Below are positions 1 through 11,865 of a DNA stretch of 64,000 bases, in pieces. Positions within the stretch are counted from its first letter, which is position 1, and each line of letters opens with the position of its first letter. A program made the translations under genes and the position numbers. The notes beneath the pieces were generated by a model that ran no database searches, was not told the DNA's origin, and saw only the letters and a list, made by a program, of their open reading frames with translations. The stretch is from an uncultured Gemmatimonadaceae bacterium (GTDB lineage Bacteria > Gemmatimonadota > Gemmatimonadetes > Gemmatimonadales > Gemmatimonadaceae): the NCBI GenBank assembly GCA_963751275.1, contig CAVVTZ010000007.1, positions 320,001 through 384,000 on the forward strand, given 5' to 3'.

Positions 1-1436
1 CCTGGAAGCTCACGCCCAGCTTGTCCACCTCATCGAGCAGGAAGACGGGGTTCTTCGTGCCCGCCTGCTTCATCCCCTGGATGATCCGTCCCGGCATCGC
101 GCCGACGTACGTGCGGCGGTGGCCGCGGATGTCGGCCTCGTCGCGCGCGCCGCCGAGCGACACCCGCACGTACTCGCGGCCGAGCGCCCGCGCGATCGAC
201 TTCGCGATGGACGTCTTGCCGACGCCCGGCGGTCCGACGAAGAGCAGGATCGGGCCCTTCGCCATCGCGCGGGCCTTCGCCTCCTTCTTGTCGGTGATCT
301 GCCGGTCGGCGCTCTCATCGCTCACCGCGAGCGACGGCGTCGCGTCTTCCTTGCTCGCGCGCAGCCGCGACGCCGGGAACTCGCCGGTCTTCTTCATCTC
401 GGCCTCGAGTTCCGCCGCCAGCTGGCGCACGGCGAGGAATTCGAGGATGCGATCCTTCACGTCCTGCAGCCCGTAGTGGTCCTCGTCCAGCACCTGCGCC
501 GCGTGCGTCAGGTCGAGGTCGTCGTCCGAGCGCGTGTTCCACGGCAGCTCCGCGATCCACTCGAGGTACGTGCGGATGACCTGCGCTTCCATGGATTCGC
601 GCCCCGCGCGCTCCAGCCGGCCCAGCTCGCGCTCGACTTCCTGGCGCGCCTCCTTGGGCAGCTCGAGCTTGTTCAGCTTCTCGCGCAGCTCCTCGATCTC
701 GCGCGCCTGGTCGTCGTCGCCGAGCTCCTTCTGGATCGCCTTCATCTGCTCGCGCAGGAACATCTCGCGCTGCCGCTCGCCGAGCTCCTCCTGCACCTGC
801 GACTTGATCTCCTCCTGCGCCTCGAGCAGCCCGATCTGGCGCTGCACGTGGACGAGCACGCGACGCAGCCGCTCTTCGACGCTCGAGCGTCTCGAGCAGC
901 CCCTGCTTCTCGGCCACCGGCACTTCGAGGTAGCCCGCGACCAGGTCGGCCAGCTTGCCTGGCTCGGTCACGGACTCGAGCACCTGCTGCACGACCTCTT
1001 CGGGGAGCCCGCGCTTCTCCCCGAGCTCGGCGGCGCGCTCGCGCGTCTCCTTGTGGAGCGCTTCGAACGCCGCGTCGTGCGTGTCGATCGGCGCCATCTC
1101 CTCCACCGGGAGGACCACGGCGCTGAGATAGTCGTCCGTCTGGGAGAACTGGATCGCGGTGGCGCGCAATTCGCCCTGCAGCAGGAGCTGCACGCCGCCG
1201 AGGCCGCGCTGCACCTGCCCGATGCGCGCGATCACGCCCATCGAGTACAGGTTCTCCTGCGTGGGCTCGTCGGCGTTGTCGCGCTGGGCAACGGCGAAGA
1301 CGAGACGGTCGCCCTTCAGTGCCGCGTCGATGGCACGTAACGTTCCCGGTCGCCCGGCGGCGATGGGCGCGGTGAGGCCGGGGAAGATCACGGTCCCCCG
1401 CAGGGGGAGCACCGGAAGAGTCTGACGTGAGGCCAT
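1..1436 (-). CDS. lon: ATP-dependent Lon protease, 5' part (runs off window start; one frameshift near 885)
   Basis: N-terminus [20 protein letters not shown] (Lon N domain). After the frameshift the sequence reads [37 protein letters not shown] (Walker A), [19 protein letters not shown] and [12 protein letters not shown]. Confidence 0.95.
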
Positions 1437-1629
1437 GACGACACCTGGTTTGAAGACCGGCCGGTTCGCGGCCCTACCTATTAAGACCGCCGGCAATGCC
1501 GGCAGTTCCGCGACCCGGTCGTGGAGATTGAGTTACGCCACAGGGGCAGATATTGCAACTTCCGACCGCCGCTCTGACGTAGTGCCACTGCCGCGACGGC
1601 CGGATCGCCTTTTCAGATCGGTCCCTGAG

Positions 1630-1638
1630 TGGTACACT
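1630..1638 (+). promoter_or_regulatory. Possible extended -10 element (TGgTACACT) for the kinase pair
   Basis: Match to TGnTAnnnT about 40 nt upstream of the ORF at 1677, in the divergent lon/kinase intergenic region. Confidence 0.35.
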
Positions 1639-1676
1639 AAGCATCTTCCGTACCTGAACCTGAGCCGGACGCCCCA

Positions 1677-3616
1677 TTGCCCGATCCCATCGCGCTTTCG
1701 TCGGACGCTGAAATGCGCGCGCTGGTAGAGCGCGCGCTTTCCGCGAATTACGAGCTCGATCAGGAGATCGGGCGCGGCGGCATGGGCATCGTCTTCCGCG
1801 CCAAGGACCGGCGGCTCAAGCGCATCGTGGCCATCAAGGTGCTGCCGCCGGAGCTCGCCTTCCGCGGCGAGATCCGCCAGCGCTTCCTGCGCGAGGCCGA
1901 GACGGCGGCGCAGCTGTCGCACCCGAACATCGTGCCCATCTACAGCGTCGATGAACGCGAAGGGCTCGTGTTCTTCGTGATGGCATGCGTGGAGGGGCCC
2001 ACGCTCGCGCGGCGCCTGCACGACGAGGGGCGCATCCCGGTGGAGGACACACGGAAGATCCTCATCGAGGTCGGCGACGCACTCGCCTACGCCCATTCGC
2101 GCGGCGTGGTGCACCGCGACATCAAGCCCGACAACATCCTGCTCGACCGCGACGACGGCCGCGCGATGGTCACCGACTTCGGCATCGCGCGCGCGATCCA
2201 GGAAGGCGCGGACTCGCGGCTCACCGCCACCGGCGTCGCGATCGGCACGCCGGCCTACATGAGTCCCGAGCAGGCCGCCGGCGACCGCGAGATCGACGGC
2301 CGCAGCGACCTCTACGCGCTGGGCGTGGTGGGCTACCAGATGCTCGCGGGGCGGCTGCCCTTCACGGCGTCGAGCACGCCGTCGATGCTCATGAAGCACA
2401 TCAGCGAGCGGCCGCAGCCGGTGGAGTCGTGGCGTCCCGAGACGCCGCCCGATCTCGCGCGCGCCGTGATGACGCTGCTCGAGAAGGAGCCCGAGCACCG
2501 CTTCCCGAACGCCGCCGCGCTGTCGCAGGCGCTGCGCGGCGACGCGAGCGCGATGCCCGCACCGGCGCCACCGCACGAGACCGGATCGCTCCCGATGTCG
2601 TACCGCTCGCCCATCGGCACGGCCGTGCCGTACGGCGTGCCGCGCCCGCCCGGCGCGGGGCAATACACCACGCCCACCGCCGACGAGGTCGCGCGCTGGT
2701 CGGCGCCGGAGGTCGCGAAATTCCGCAACCAATTCGCGACGTACGCGTTCGTGAACGCGGTATTCGTCGTGGTGTCGATCTTCAGCAAGACGGATCTGAT
2801 GGTCGTGCCGGTCATCTGGACGGTGATCATGGCGCTGCGGTATTCGCGGCTCTGGACCGCGGGCTACGACTGGCGCGATGTCTTCCGCCAGCCGCGCGAC
2901 CGCAGCCTCATCGATCTCGCGCAGGAGACGGCCGAAGAAGTGCAGTCGGTGTTCGACCGTGAAAAACGCGAGAAGCTGCGCGCGCGCAATCGCGAGCAGA
3001 GTCAGCAGCGCGCGCTCGCGCCGGTGGGCGGCGCGGCCATGCTCGGCGCCGGTTCGTTCGGCCGCTTCGAGAGCGTGGTGCGCCAGGCGGCGCAGGATCG
3101 CGAGGACATCACGCGCATCGTGCTCTCCCTCCCGCGCACGGACCAGAACCTGGTGGAAGGCGTGATCCCCGCGGCCGACGGACTCTTCAAGCGCATCCAG
3201 TCGCTCGCCGGCTCGGCAATGGACCAGGAGCGCTCGGTGACCACGGGCGCGTCCGCCGACCTCGAGCGGCAGATCGCGAAGCTCGAGAGCGAGGCGAATC
3301 CGCTCGACACCGTGGGCAGCGAGGATCGCGTGCGCAAGCTGGCGATCCTCAAGCGCCAGCGGCGCGCGCTCGCCGAGTCCACGAAGAAACGCGACGAAGC
3401 GGTGGCGAAGCTCGAGAGCTGCCGCCTGCAGCTGCAGAACATGCGGCTGGACATCCTGCGCCTCCGCGCCGGCGGCGTGGCGGAGGTCGCGCCGCAGATC
3501 ACGCAGCTCACGATGCGCGCCCGCGCGCTGGCGGACGATGTGGACGCCGCGCTCATGGGAGTCGATGAGGCGCGGCTCGCCGCGAACGCTTCCGCGCGGC
3601 GGGGTCCGCGGAAGAC

Positions 3617-3620
<4 letters not shown>
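1677..3620 (+). CDS. Hanks-type Ser/Thr protein kinase with two TM helices and a C-terminal helical/coiled-coil domain
   Basis: Motifs IGRGGMG, VAIK, HRDIKPDN, DFG, GTPAYMSPEQ; hydrophobic pair FATYAFVNAVFVVVSIF / LMVVPVIWTVIMAL; heptad-rich C-terminus. Confidence 0.93.
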
Positions 3621-5579
<1,959 letters not shown>

Positions 5580-5583
5580 ACAA

Positions 5584-5611
5584 CAGACGTTGGACGTGAG
5601 ACGTTAGACCT
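5584..5611. repeat. Short heptamer tandem repeat (GACGTNR-like, about 4 units)
   Basis: cagacgt tggacgt gagacgt tagacct immediately after the kinase stop. Confidence 0.5.
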
Positions 5612-5663
5612 GAACACGGCGTCTCTAGTACCGCTGGCGGCGCGGGTGGAGCAGAATTAGGGC

Positions 5664-8000
5664 ATGAGACTTCACTGCATCGCCGCGCTCGTGCTGGTCG
5701 CAGCGCCGCTCGCGGGACAGTCCAAGGCGCGGCCGCATCCACCGGCCGCCGCGAAGATCCCGACGCCCGCCTCGGTGCTTGGCTTCGAGCCCGGCGCCGA
5801 CCGGAAGCTTCCCTCCTGGAAGCAGGTGGTGGAGTATTTCACCAAGCTCGACGCCGCGAGTCCGCGCATCACCGTGCGCACGCTCGGCAAGACCACGCTC
5901 GGCCGGCCGTTCATCGCGGCGTTCATCGGCGACGCGAGCGTGATCGCCGATCTCCCGAAGTGGCGCGCGATCCAGCAGCGCCTCGCCGATCCGCGGCTCC
6001 GCCGCCCGCACGAGCGCGACTCGCTCCTGCTCAATGGGAAGCTCATCGTGCTCGTCACGTCGAGCATCCACTCGGATGAAGTGGGCGGCGTCGTCACGCC
6101 GCTCGTACTCGCCCATCGCCTCGTCACGAGCGAGGATGCCGACGCGCGCGCCATCCGCGCGAACACCATCGTGATCCTGGTGCCGTCGCTCAATCCCGAT
6201 GGCGTGGACATCGTGGGCGACTGGTATCGCGCGACGCTCGGCACCCCGAGCGAGGGCAGCGATCCGCCGGAGATCTATCACCACTACACGGGCCACGACA
6301 ACAATCGCGACTGGTACGCGTTCACGCAGGTAGAGACGCAGATGACCGTGGACTCGCTGCACAATCGCTGGCATCCGGCCATCGTGAACGACATCCACCA
6401 GCAGGGCAAATACGGATCGAGGATCTTCATCCCGCCGTATCTCGATCCCTTCGAGCCGAACATCGATCCGATCCTGCTCGCGGGACTCGACCAGCTCGGT
6501 TTCGCGATGACCTGGCGCCTCACCACCGAGGGGAAGACCGGCATCGCGAACTACGCGATCTACGACGTGTGGACGCCGGCGCGCGCGTACTCGCACTATC
6601 ACGACGGTGCCCGCGTGCTCACCGAGACCGCATCGGCGAACCTCGCGACGCCGGTGGACATTCCCTTCGATTCGCTGCGCACCGGCCGCGGCTACGACGC
6701 GCGCTCCGCCTCGTGGAACTTCCTCGCCCCGTGGCCGGGCGGGCGCTGGACGCTGGCCAACATCGTGGACTACCAGACGAGCGCGACCTGGGCCCTGCTC
6801 GCGAACGCATCGCGCGCGCGCGCCATGTGGATGGAGAGCTTCGCGCGCGTGGCCGAACGCGCGGTGGAGGGGAATCGCGCCGCCGGCCGCGCGAAATGGC
6901 CGGCGGCCTTCGTGATCCCAATGCAGCAGCCCGACCAGGCGGCGCTGCGCGCGATGCTCCGCATTCTGCAACGGGGCGGCGTGGAGATCCGCCGCGCGAC
7001 CGCGGCGTTCGCGGTGAACAACGTGAAGTACTCACCGGGCACGTACGTGGTGCTCACCGACCAGCCGTACGCCGGCTTCGCGAAGACGCTGCTGGAGAGG
7101 CAGCACTATCCCGATCTGCGCGAGTATCCCGGCGGGCCGCCGCGCGAGCCGTACGACGTGACCGCGCACACGCTGCCGTTGCTCATGGGCGTCGGCGTCG
7201 CCGCCGCGGATTCGTTTCCGGTGACGGTGGGCCCGGTCATCCCGCCGGTGGCGCAACCCAAGCTCGAGGTGCCGGGACTCTCCGGCGCGACGGCGCGGCG
7301 CATCGGCATCTATCGCAGCTACGCCGATGCGATCGATGAGGGATGGACGCGATTCCTCCTCGACGAGTACAAGATCCCCTTCAAGTCGCTCGTGAACGCG
7401 GAGGTGCAGGCCGGCGCGCTGCGCGCGCGCTACGATGTGATCATCATTCCCGACCAGTCGCCGCGCGAGATCACGGATGGCGCGCTGGACGAGAAGTATC
7501 CCGATTCGCTCACCGGCGGACTGGGCGACGCCGGTGCCGCCGCGCTCGAGGAGTTCGTCGCGGCGGGCGGCACGCTCGTGACGTTCAACGATGCGAGCCG
7601 GTGGGCGATCACCGCGCTGGGCCTCCCCGTGCGCGACGTGCTCATGGGCGTTCCGTCCCGGGAATTCTACGCCCCCGGCTCACTGCTCAACGTGTACGTG
7701 GACCGCGACCATCCGCTCACGAAGATGATGACCGCACATCCCGTGGTGTGGTTCGAGCACTCGCCCGCCTTCGAAGTGACGGACACGACGAAGGCCTCGG
7801 TGGTCGCGCTCTATCCGCTCGAGCAGGACCCGCTGGCCTCCGGCTGGCTCCTCGGCGGCGACAAGCTCCGCGGCAAGGCCGCGCTGGTGGATGTGCATGA
7901 GGGCGCCGGCCACGTGATCCTCTTCGGCTTCCGCCCCCAATTCCGGGGACAGAGCATGGCCATGTATCCGCTGATCTGGATGGCGTTGAAGGGTTGGTGA
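5664..8000 (+). CDS. Secreted M14 family zinc carboxypeptidase with C-terminal glutamine amidotransferase-like domain
   Basis: Signal peptide; SIHSDE (HxxE), NPDG, DNNRDW, DIHQQG; C-terminal DEGWTR...YDVIIIPD. Confidence 0.88.
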   Translation: MRLHCIAALVLVAAPLAGQSKARPHPPAAAKIPTPASVLGFEPGADRKLPSWKQVVEYFTKLDAASPRITVRTLGKTTLGRPFIAAFIGDASVIADLPKWRAIQQRLADPRLRRPHERDSLLLNGKLIVLVTSSIHSDEVGGVVTPLVLAHRLVTSEDADARAIRANTIVILVPSLNPDGVDIVGDWYRATLGTPSEGSDPPEIYHHYTGHDNNRDWYAFTQVETQMTVDSLHNRWHPAIVNDIHQQGKYGSRIFIPPYLDPFEPNIDPILLAGLDQLGFAMTWRLTTEGKTGIANYAIYDVWTPARAYSHYHDGARVLTETASANLATPVDIPFDSLRTGRGYDARSASWNFLAPWPGGRWTLANIVDYQTSATWALLANASRARAMWMESFARVAERAVEGNRAAGRAKWPAAFVIPMQQPDQAALRAMLRILQRGGVEIRRATAAFAVNNVKYSPGTYVVLTDQPYAGFAKTLLERQHYPDLREYPGGPPREPYDVTAHTLPLLMGVGVAAADSFPVTVGPVIPPVAQPKLEVPGLSGATARRIGIYRSYADAIDEGWTRFLLDEYKIPFKSLVNAEVQAGALRARYDVIIIPDQSPREITDGALDEKYPDSLTGGLGDAGAAALEEFVAAGGTLVTFNDASRWAITALGLPVRDVLMGVPSREFYAPGSLLNVYVDRDHPLTKMMTAHPVVWFEHSPAFEVTDTTKASVVALYPLEQDPLASGWLLGGDKLRGKAALVDVHEGAGHVILFGFRPQFRGQSMAMYPLIWMALKGW

Positions 8001-8047
8001 GTGGTTCGTCCCTTGGAGTCTCAGTCTCCATGAGACACGACTCAAAT

Positions 8048-8240
8048 CACGATAGAAGTTTCGGCCGGATCAACCGGATGATTCGGATCAATCGGATCGC
8101 TCCGCGCGCGGGCAACGTACCCTGCTGCGCCGCGGGCGCTGCGTACTTGTGTTAACAACAAGATCTGACCTCGACCCGCGACGGTGGTGACCGAGCACCC
8201 TCAGGCCGATCCGGCTCATCCGGCCGAAACTTCTATCGAG
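8048..8240. repeat. Palindromic MITE-like element, copy 1
   Basis: CGATAGAAGTTTCGGCCGGAT (8050) is inverted at 8218-8238; 9-nt periodic (c/t)cggatNaN units; internal GTACTTGTGTTAACAACAAG shared with the copy at 22497. Confidence 0.75.
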
Positions 8241-8287
8241 ATCTTTGTGTTCACGCTCGATGAGCGTGAACGCCGATGACGCACGTC

Positions 8288-8327
8288 GAAACGGGCCAGA
8301 GCGAAGATTCTCGCTCCGGCCCGTTCG
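8288..8327. terminator. Hairpin terminator between convergent genes
   Basis: aacgggccagagcga...tcgctccggcccgtt stem-loop about 20 nt downstream of the BNR gene stop. Confidence 0.6.
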
Positions 8328-8347
8328 CGTGAGACTTGAACCCGTCG

Positions 8348-11300
8348 TTAGAAACTTCGCGCCGCCACCATGACATCCACCGAACTCGGCACGATCGCCG
8401 CCGCTCCCGCCTTCTTGAGCGCATCGTTCACCTTCGGCAGATCAGCCGCCAGCGCACTCCTCAGTTCGTTCAGCTGCTTCGCGATCTGCGGCGCGAAGTC
8501 ATTGAAAACTTCCACCATCTGATTCGTCGGCCGCGCCGGCATCGACGAGGCCATCCCGGCCAGATTGCTCGTGCGCTCGATCAGCTTGGGCGCGTAGACG
8601 AGATTGTCCTCGTCGGACCGCATGTTCACTTCATACAGCGCCTCTTCCACCGCGTTGATCCGCGCGAGCAGCGGCTTGGCCGCCGCGCCCACCGCCGCGG
8701 TGTCGGCGGGTTTCATCTTCGCCATCCGGTCGGCGAGCTGCCACCGCACGTTGCGCACCGTGAGCACCGCCGTGACGCCGGCGGACACGGTGTCGCGCAC
8801 CTTCATCTCGAAATCGAACTGCGCCTTCAGATCCTCCGCGCTCACCGTGATGCGCGGATCGTTCTTGAGCGTGAAGCGCGCGGAATCGGACTTCCCATCC
8901 GCCGTCACGCGCACCCAGTAGGTTCCCGCGAGCGCCATCGGGCCGCTCGACGTCACGCCGAGCTCGCCCGTGAACTGGCGCGCGTCGGGATAATTCATGT
9001 TCCAGGCGAACTTGTTGAGCCCCGACTTGTTGGGCGCCCGCGGTTCCGGCGGCACGCGCTGCGGCCAGGGCGGATTGAATTCGTTGTCGAAGCCGGCCAC
9101 GGCCTCCGAGAGCGCCGCCGTGTCGGGCACCGCGCCCGTCTTGCGGATGCTGTCGGCCATTGCCGCCTTCACGCTCTCCTTGAGCACGCTGTCCGCGCGC
9201 GCCATGGAGTCCATGCCGCTCGAGAACGAGCGGATCAGCCTTCCCTTGGCGTCGAGGATGTCGACCGTCACCGCCTGGTTCGCAGCGCCCAGCGAGTAAT
9301 AGATGATCGCCCCGCTCGACGGGTTCATCCCGAGCGGCTGCGACGGCGGCTGCACCTCGGACACCTGCCCCCACTGCACGCGCCACGCATCGATCGGCGC
9401 ATACACATGCGGCGCCGATGCCAAGGCCGTTGCCGCCGTCATCAATCGGAGCGGCGTGATGTCGTCCAGGATCCAGAACGAACGCCCGTGCGTCGCGGCG
9501 ATGAGATCCGCGTCCTTGATCATCAGGTCGTGCACCGGCACCCAAGGCAGGTTCCGCTTCAGCGAGCGCCAGTGCGCGCCGTCGTCGAAGCTCACGTACA
9601 CGCTCCTCTCCGTGGAGGCGAAGAGGAGGCCGCGGCGCACCGGATCCTCGCGCACCGAGCGCACGAACTCCGTGGCCGGGATCCCGGTGACGATCTTCGT
9701 CCACGTCTTGCCGAAGTCGTTGGTCTTGTAGATCAGCGGCTGGTCATCCTGCAACTGATAACGATTCGCGGCGACGTACGCGCTGCCTTCGTCGTAGTGG
9801 CCGGCCTCGATGAGCGACACGCGCGTGAAGTCGCCGAAGTTCGGCGGCGTCACGTTCATCCACTTCTTCCCTCCGTCTACCGTCACGTGGATGAGTCCGT
9901 CATCCGAACCGGCCCAGAGCACGCCCGCCTTCTTGAACGATTCCGCGATCGTGAACACCGTCGCGTAGAACTCGGCGGTGGTCTGGTCATGCGTGATCGG
10001 GCCGCCGGAGATGCCGGTGGTCTTCGGATCGTTGCGCGTGAGATCGGGGGAGATCGCCGTCCAACTCTGCCCCTGGTCCGTGGTCTTGAACACCACGTTG
10101 CCGCCCGTGTACACGACGTTCGGATTGTGCGGCGAGATGAGGATCGGCGCCGTCCATTGGAAGCGATACTTGCTCTCTGCTGCGGAGTGCCCGTCGGGAC
10201 TGTCGGGCCACACGCTCACGATGCGCAGGAAATCCGTGCGGTGGTCCTTCCGCGTGAGCAGGCCGCTGTTGTCGCCGCCGAAGGTGACATCCGGCTCGTC
10301 GGGCTTCGCTTCGATGTAGCCCGCCTCGCCCCCGCCCGGATCGTACCACTGCTCGATCGGAATGCCGCCGGGATAGCGGCTCGGCCCGCACATCGCGCTG
10401 TTGTCCTGCTGGGCGCCGCATACGCGGTACGGGAAGTGATTCGTGGCCGACACGTGGTAGAACTGCGCGGTCGCGTAATCCTGCAGCGACCAGGTCTTGC
10501 CGCCGTTGTACGACACGCTCGCGCCGCCGTCGCTCGACTGGATCATCCGCTGCGGATCGTTCGGCGCGACCCAGAAATCGTGATCGTCGCCGTGCGGCTC
10601 CTGCAGCCAGCGCCAGGTGACGCCGCCGTCGGTGCTCTTGTACAAGCCGACGTTGGGCGCGTACATCACATCCGCGTTCTTCGCATCCGCGTAGATCATG
10701 GAGTAGTACCACGCGCGCTCGCGGAGCTTGTGGTCGCCGTTGATGTAGCGCCACGTCGCGCCGCCATCCTCGGAGCGGTACACGCCGCCCGCCGCCTGGT
10801 TCTCGATGATCGCCGTCACCCGCATCGGCTTCGCCGCCGACACCGCGATCCCGATCTTGCCGATGAGCCCGCCCGGCATCCCCGCGTTCTTCGTGAGCTC
10901 CACCCAGTGCTCGCCCGCGTCGGTGCTCTTGAACAGTCCGCTCCCGGCGCCGCCCGAGACGAGTTGCCACGGCTTGCGCCCCGCCTGCCAGAGACCCGCG
11001 TACAGGACATCCGGATTCGTCGGATCCAGGATCAGGTCCGACGCGCCGGTCGAGTCGTTCCGGAAGAGCACCTTCCGCCAGGTTTTCCCGCCGTCGGTGC
11101 TCTTGAACACGCCGCGGTCGGCGCTCGGGCCGTACGCCTGGCCTTCCACCGCCGCATACACGATATCCGGGTTCGTCGGATGCACGCGCATGCGCGCGAT
11201 CTGCCCGGCCTTCTCGAGCCCGACGTGCGACCACGTCTTGCCGGCGTCGGTGGTCTTCCACACGCCATCGCCGGCCGACACGTTGCCGCGGATCCCCCAC

Positions 11301-11653
11301 TCACCGGTGCCCACGTACACGATGTCGGGGTTCGACTCGCTCACGCCGATCGCGCCGATGGTGCCGCCGAAATATTTCTCGCCGCTCGGCAGCCACGTGT
11401 TGCCGCCATCGGTGGATTTGAAGACGCCGCCGCCCGTCGTCCCCATCCAGAACTCGTACGCGCGCGCCGCCGATCCGGCCACCGCCACCGACCGTCCGCC
11501 CCGGAACGGCCCGATCTCACGCCACTTGAGCGCGCGGAACGCGGTCGTATCGAGGGTGCTGCCATCCATCATCGGCGCCTGCGCCTGAGCGGCGCCCGTG
11601 ACAAGCAGCGCTCCGAGCGCGAGCGCACGAACTGCCAGCGATGTGCGGGTCAT
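8348..11653 (-). CDS. Secreted BNR/Asp-box repeat beta-propeller protein (VPS10/sortilin-like, 'glycosyl hydrolase')
   Basis: Signal peptide; WREIGPFRGGR; many S/T-x-D-G-G-x-T-W repeats; GGAG RBS upstream of ATG 11653. Confidence 0.9.
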   Translation of the reverse strand: MTRTSLAVRALALGALLVTGAAQAQAPMMDGSTLDTTAFRALKWREIGPFRGGRSVAVAGSAARAYEFWMGTTGGGVFKSTDGGNTWLPSGEKYFGGTIGAIGVSESNPDIVYVGTGEWGIRGNVSAGDGVWKTTDAGKTWSHVGLEKAGQIARMRVHPTNPDIVYAAVEGQAYGPSADRGVFKSTDGGKTWRKVLFRNDSTGASDLILDPTNPDVLYAGLWQAGRKPWQLVSGGAGSGLFKSTDAGEHWVELTKNAGMPGGLIGKIGIAVSAAKPMRVTAIIENQAAGGVYRSEDGGATWRYINGDHKLRERAWYYSMIYADAKNADVMYAPNVGLYKSTDGGVTWRWLQEPHGDDHDFWVAPNDPQRMIQSSDGGASVSYNGGKTWSLQDYATAQFYHVSATNHFPYRVCGAQQDNSAMCGPSRYPGGIPIEQWYDPGGGEAGYIEAKPDEPDVTFGGDNSGLLTRKDHRTDFLRIVSVWPDSPDGHSAAESKYRFQWTAPILISPHNPNVVYTGGNVVFKTTDQGQSWTAISPDLTRNDPKTTGISGGPITHDQTTAEFYATVFTIAESFKKAGVLWAGSDDGLIHVTVDGGKKWMNVTPPNFGDFTRVSLIEAGHYDEGSAYVAANRYQLQDDQPLIYKTNDFGKTWTKIVTGIPATEFVRSVREDPVRRGLLFASTERSVYVSFDDGAHWRSLKRNLPWVPVHDLMIKDADLIAATHGRSFWILDDITPLRLMTAATALASAPHVYAPIDAWRVQWGQVSEVQPPSQPLGMNPSSGAIIYYSLGAANQAVTVDILDAKGRLIRSFSSGMDSMARADSVLKESVKAAMADSIRKTGAVPDTAALSEAVAGFDNEFNPPWPQRVPPEPRAPNKSGLNKFAWNMNYPDARQFTGELGVTSSGPMALAGTYWVRVTADGKSDSARFTLKNDPRITVSAEDLKAQFDFEMKVRDTVSAGVTAVLTVRNVRWQLADRMAKMKPADTAAVGAAAKPLLARINAVEEALYEVNMRSDEDNLVYAPKLIERTSNLAGMASSMPARPTNQMVEVFNDFAPQIAKQLNELRSALAADLPKVNDALKKAGAAAIVPSSVDVMVAARSF

Positions 11654-11723
11654 TGAACAACTCCGGGGTGTGGTTGCAGAGACACCAATCTTGTGACTGC
11701 GCGCGCCGCGAGGGAAGAGGATC

Positions 11724-11861
11724 GCGGTCATGAGGGCCAACAACAGAACTGCTTTGACAGGATGAACATGATGGACATGATGACAGCAGCCGCGCGGCTG
11801 CTGTCATCATGTCCATCATGTTCATCCTGTCAAAAGCAGTTCTGTTGGCCCTCGCGACCGC
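11724..11861. repeat. Long inverted repeat with an 82-bp perfect palindromic core (11753-11834)
   Basis: tttgacaggatgaacatgatggacatgatgacagcagccgc is followed directly by its exact reverse complement; imperfect extension on both sides. Confidence 0.9.
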
Positions 11862-11865
11862 GCTA

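Noticed and set aside
8336..11656. Long antisense ORFs (8336..11656, 11953..14376, 23834..26788, 45524..47791, 51474..54224 and others)
   Set aside because: Shadows of real genes caused by high GC3; no motifs and atypical composition.
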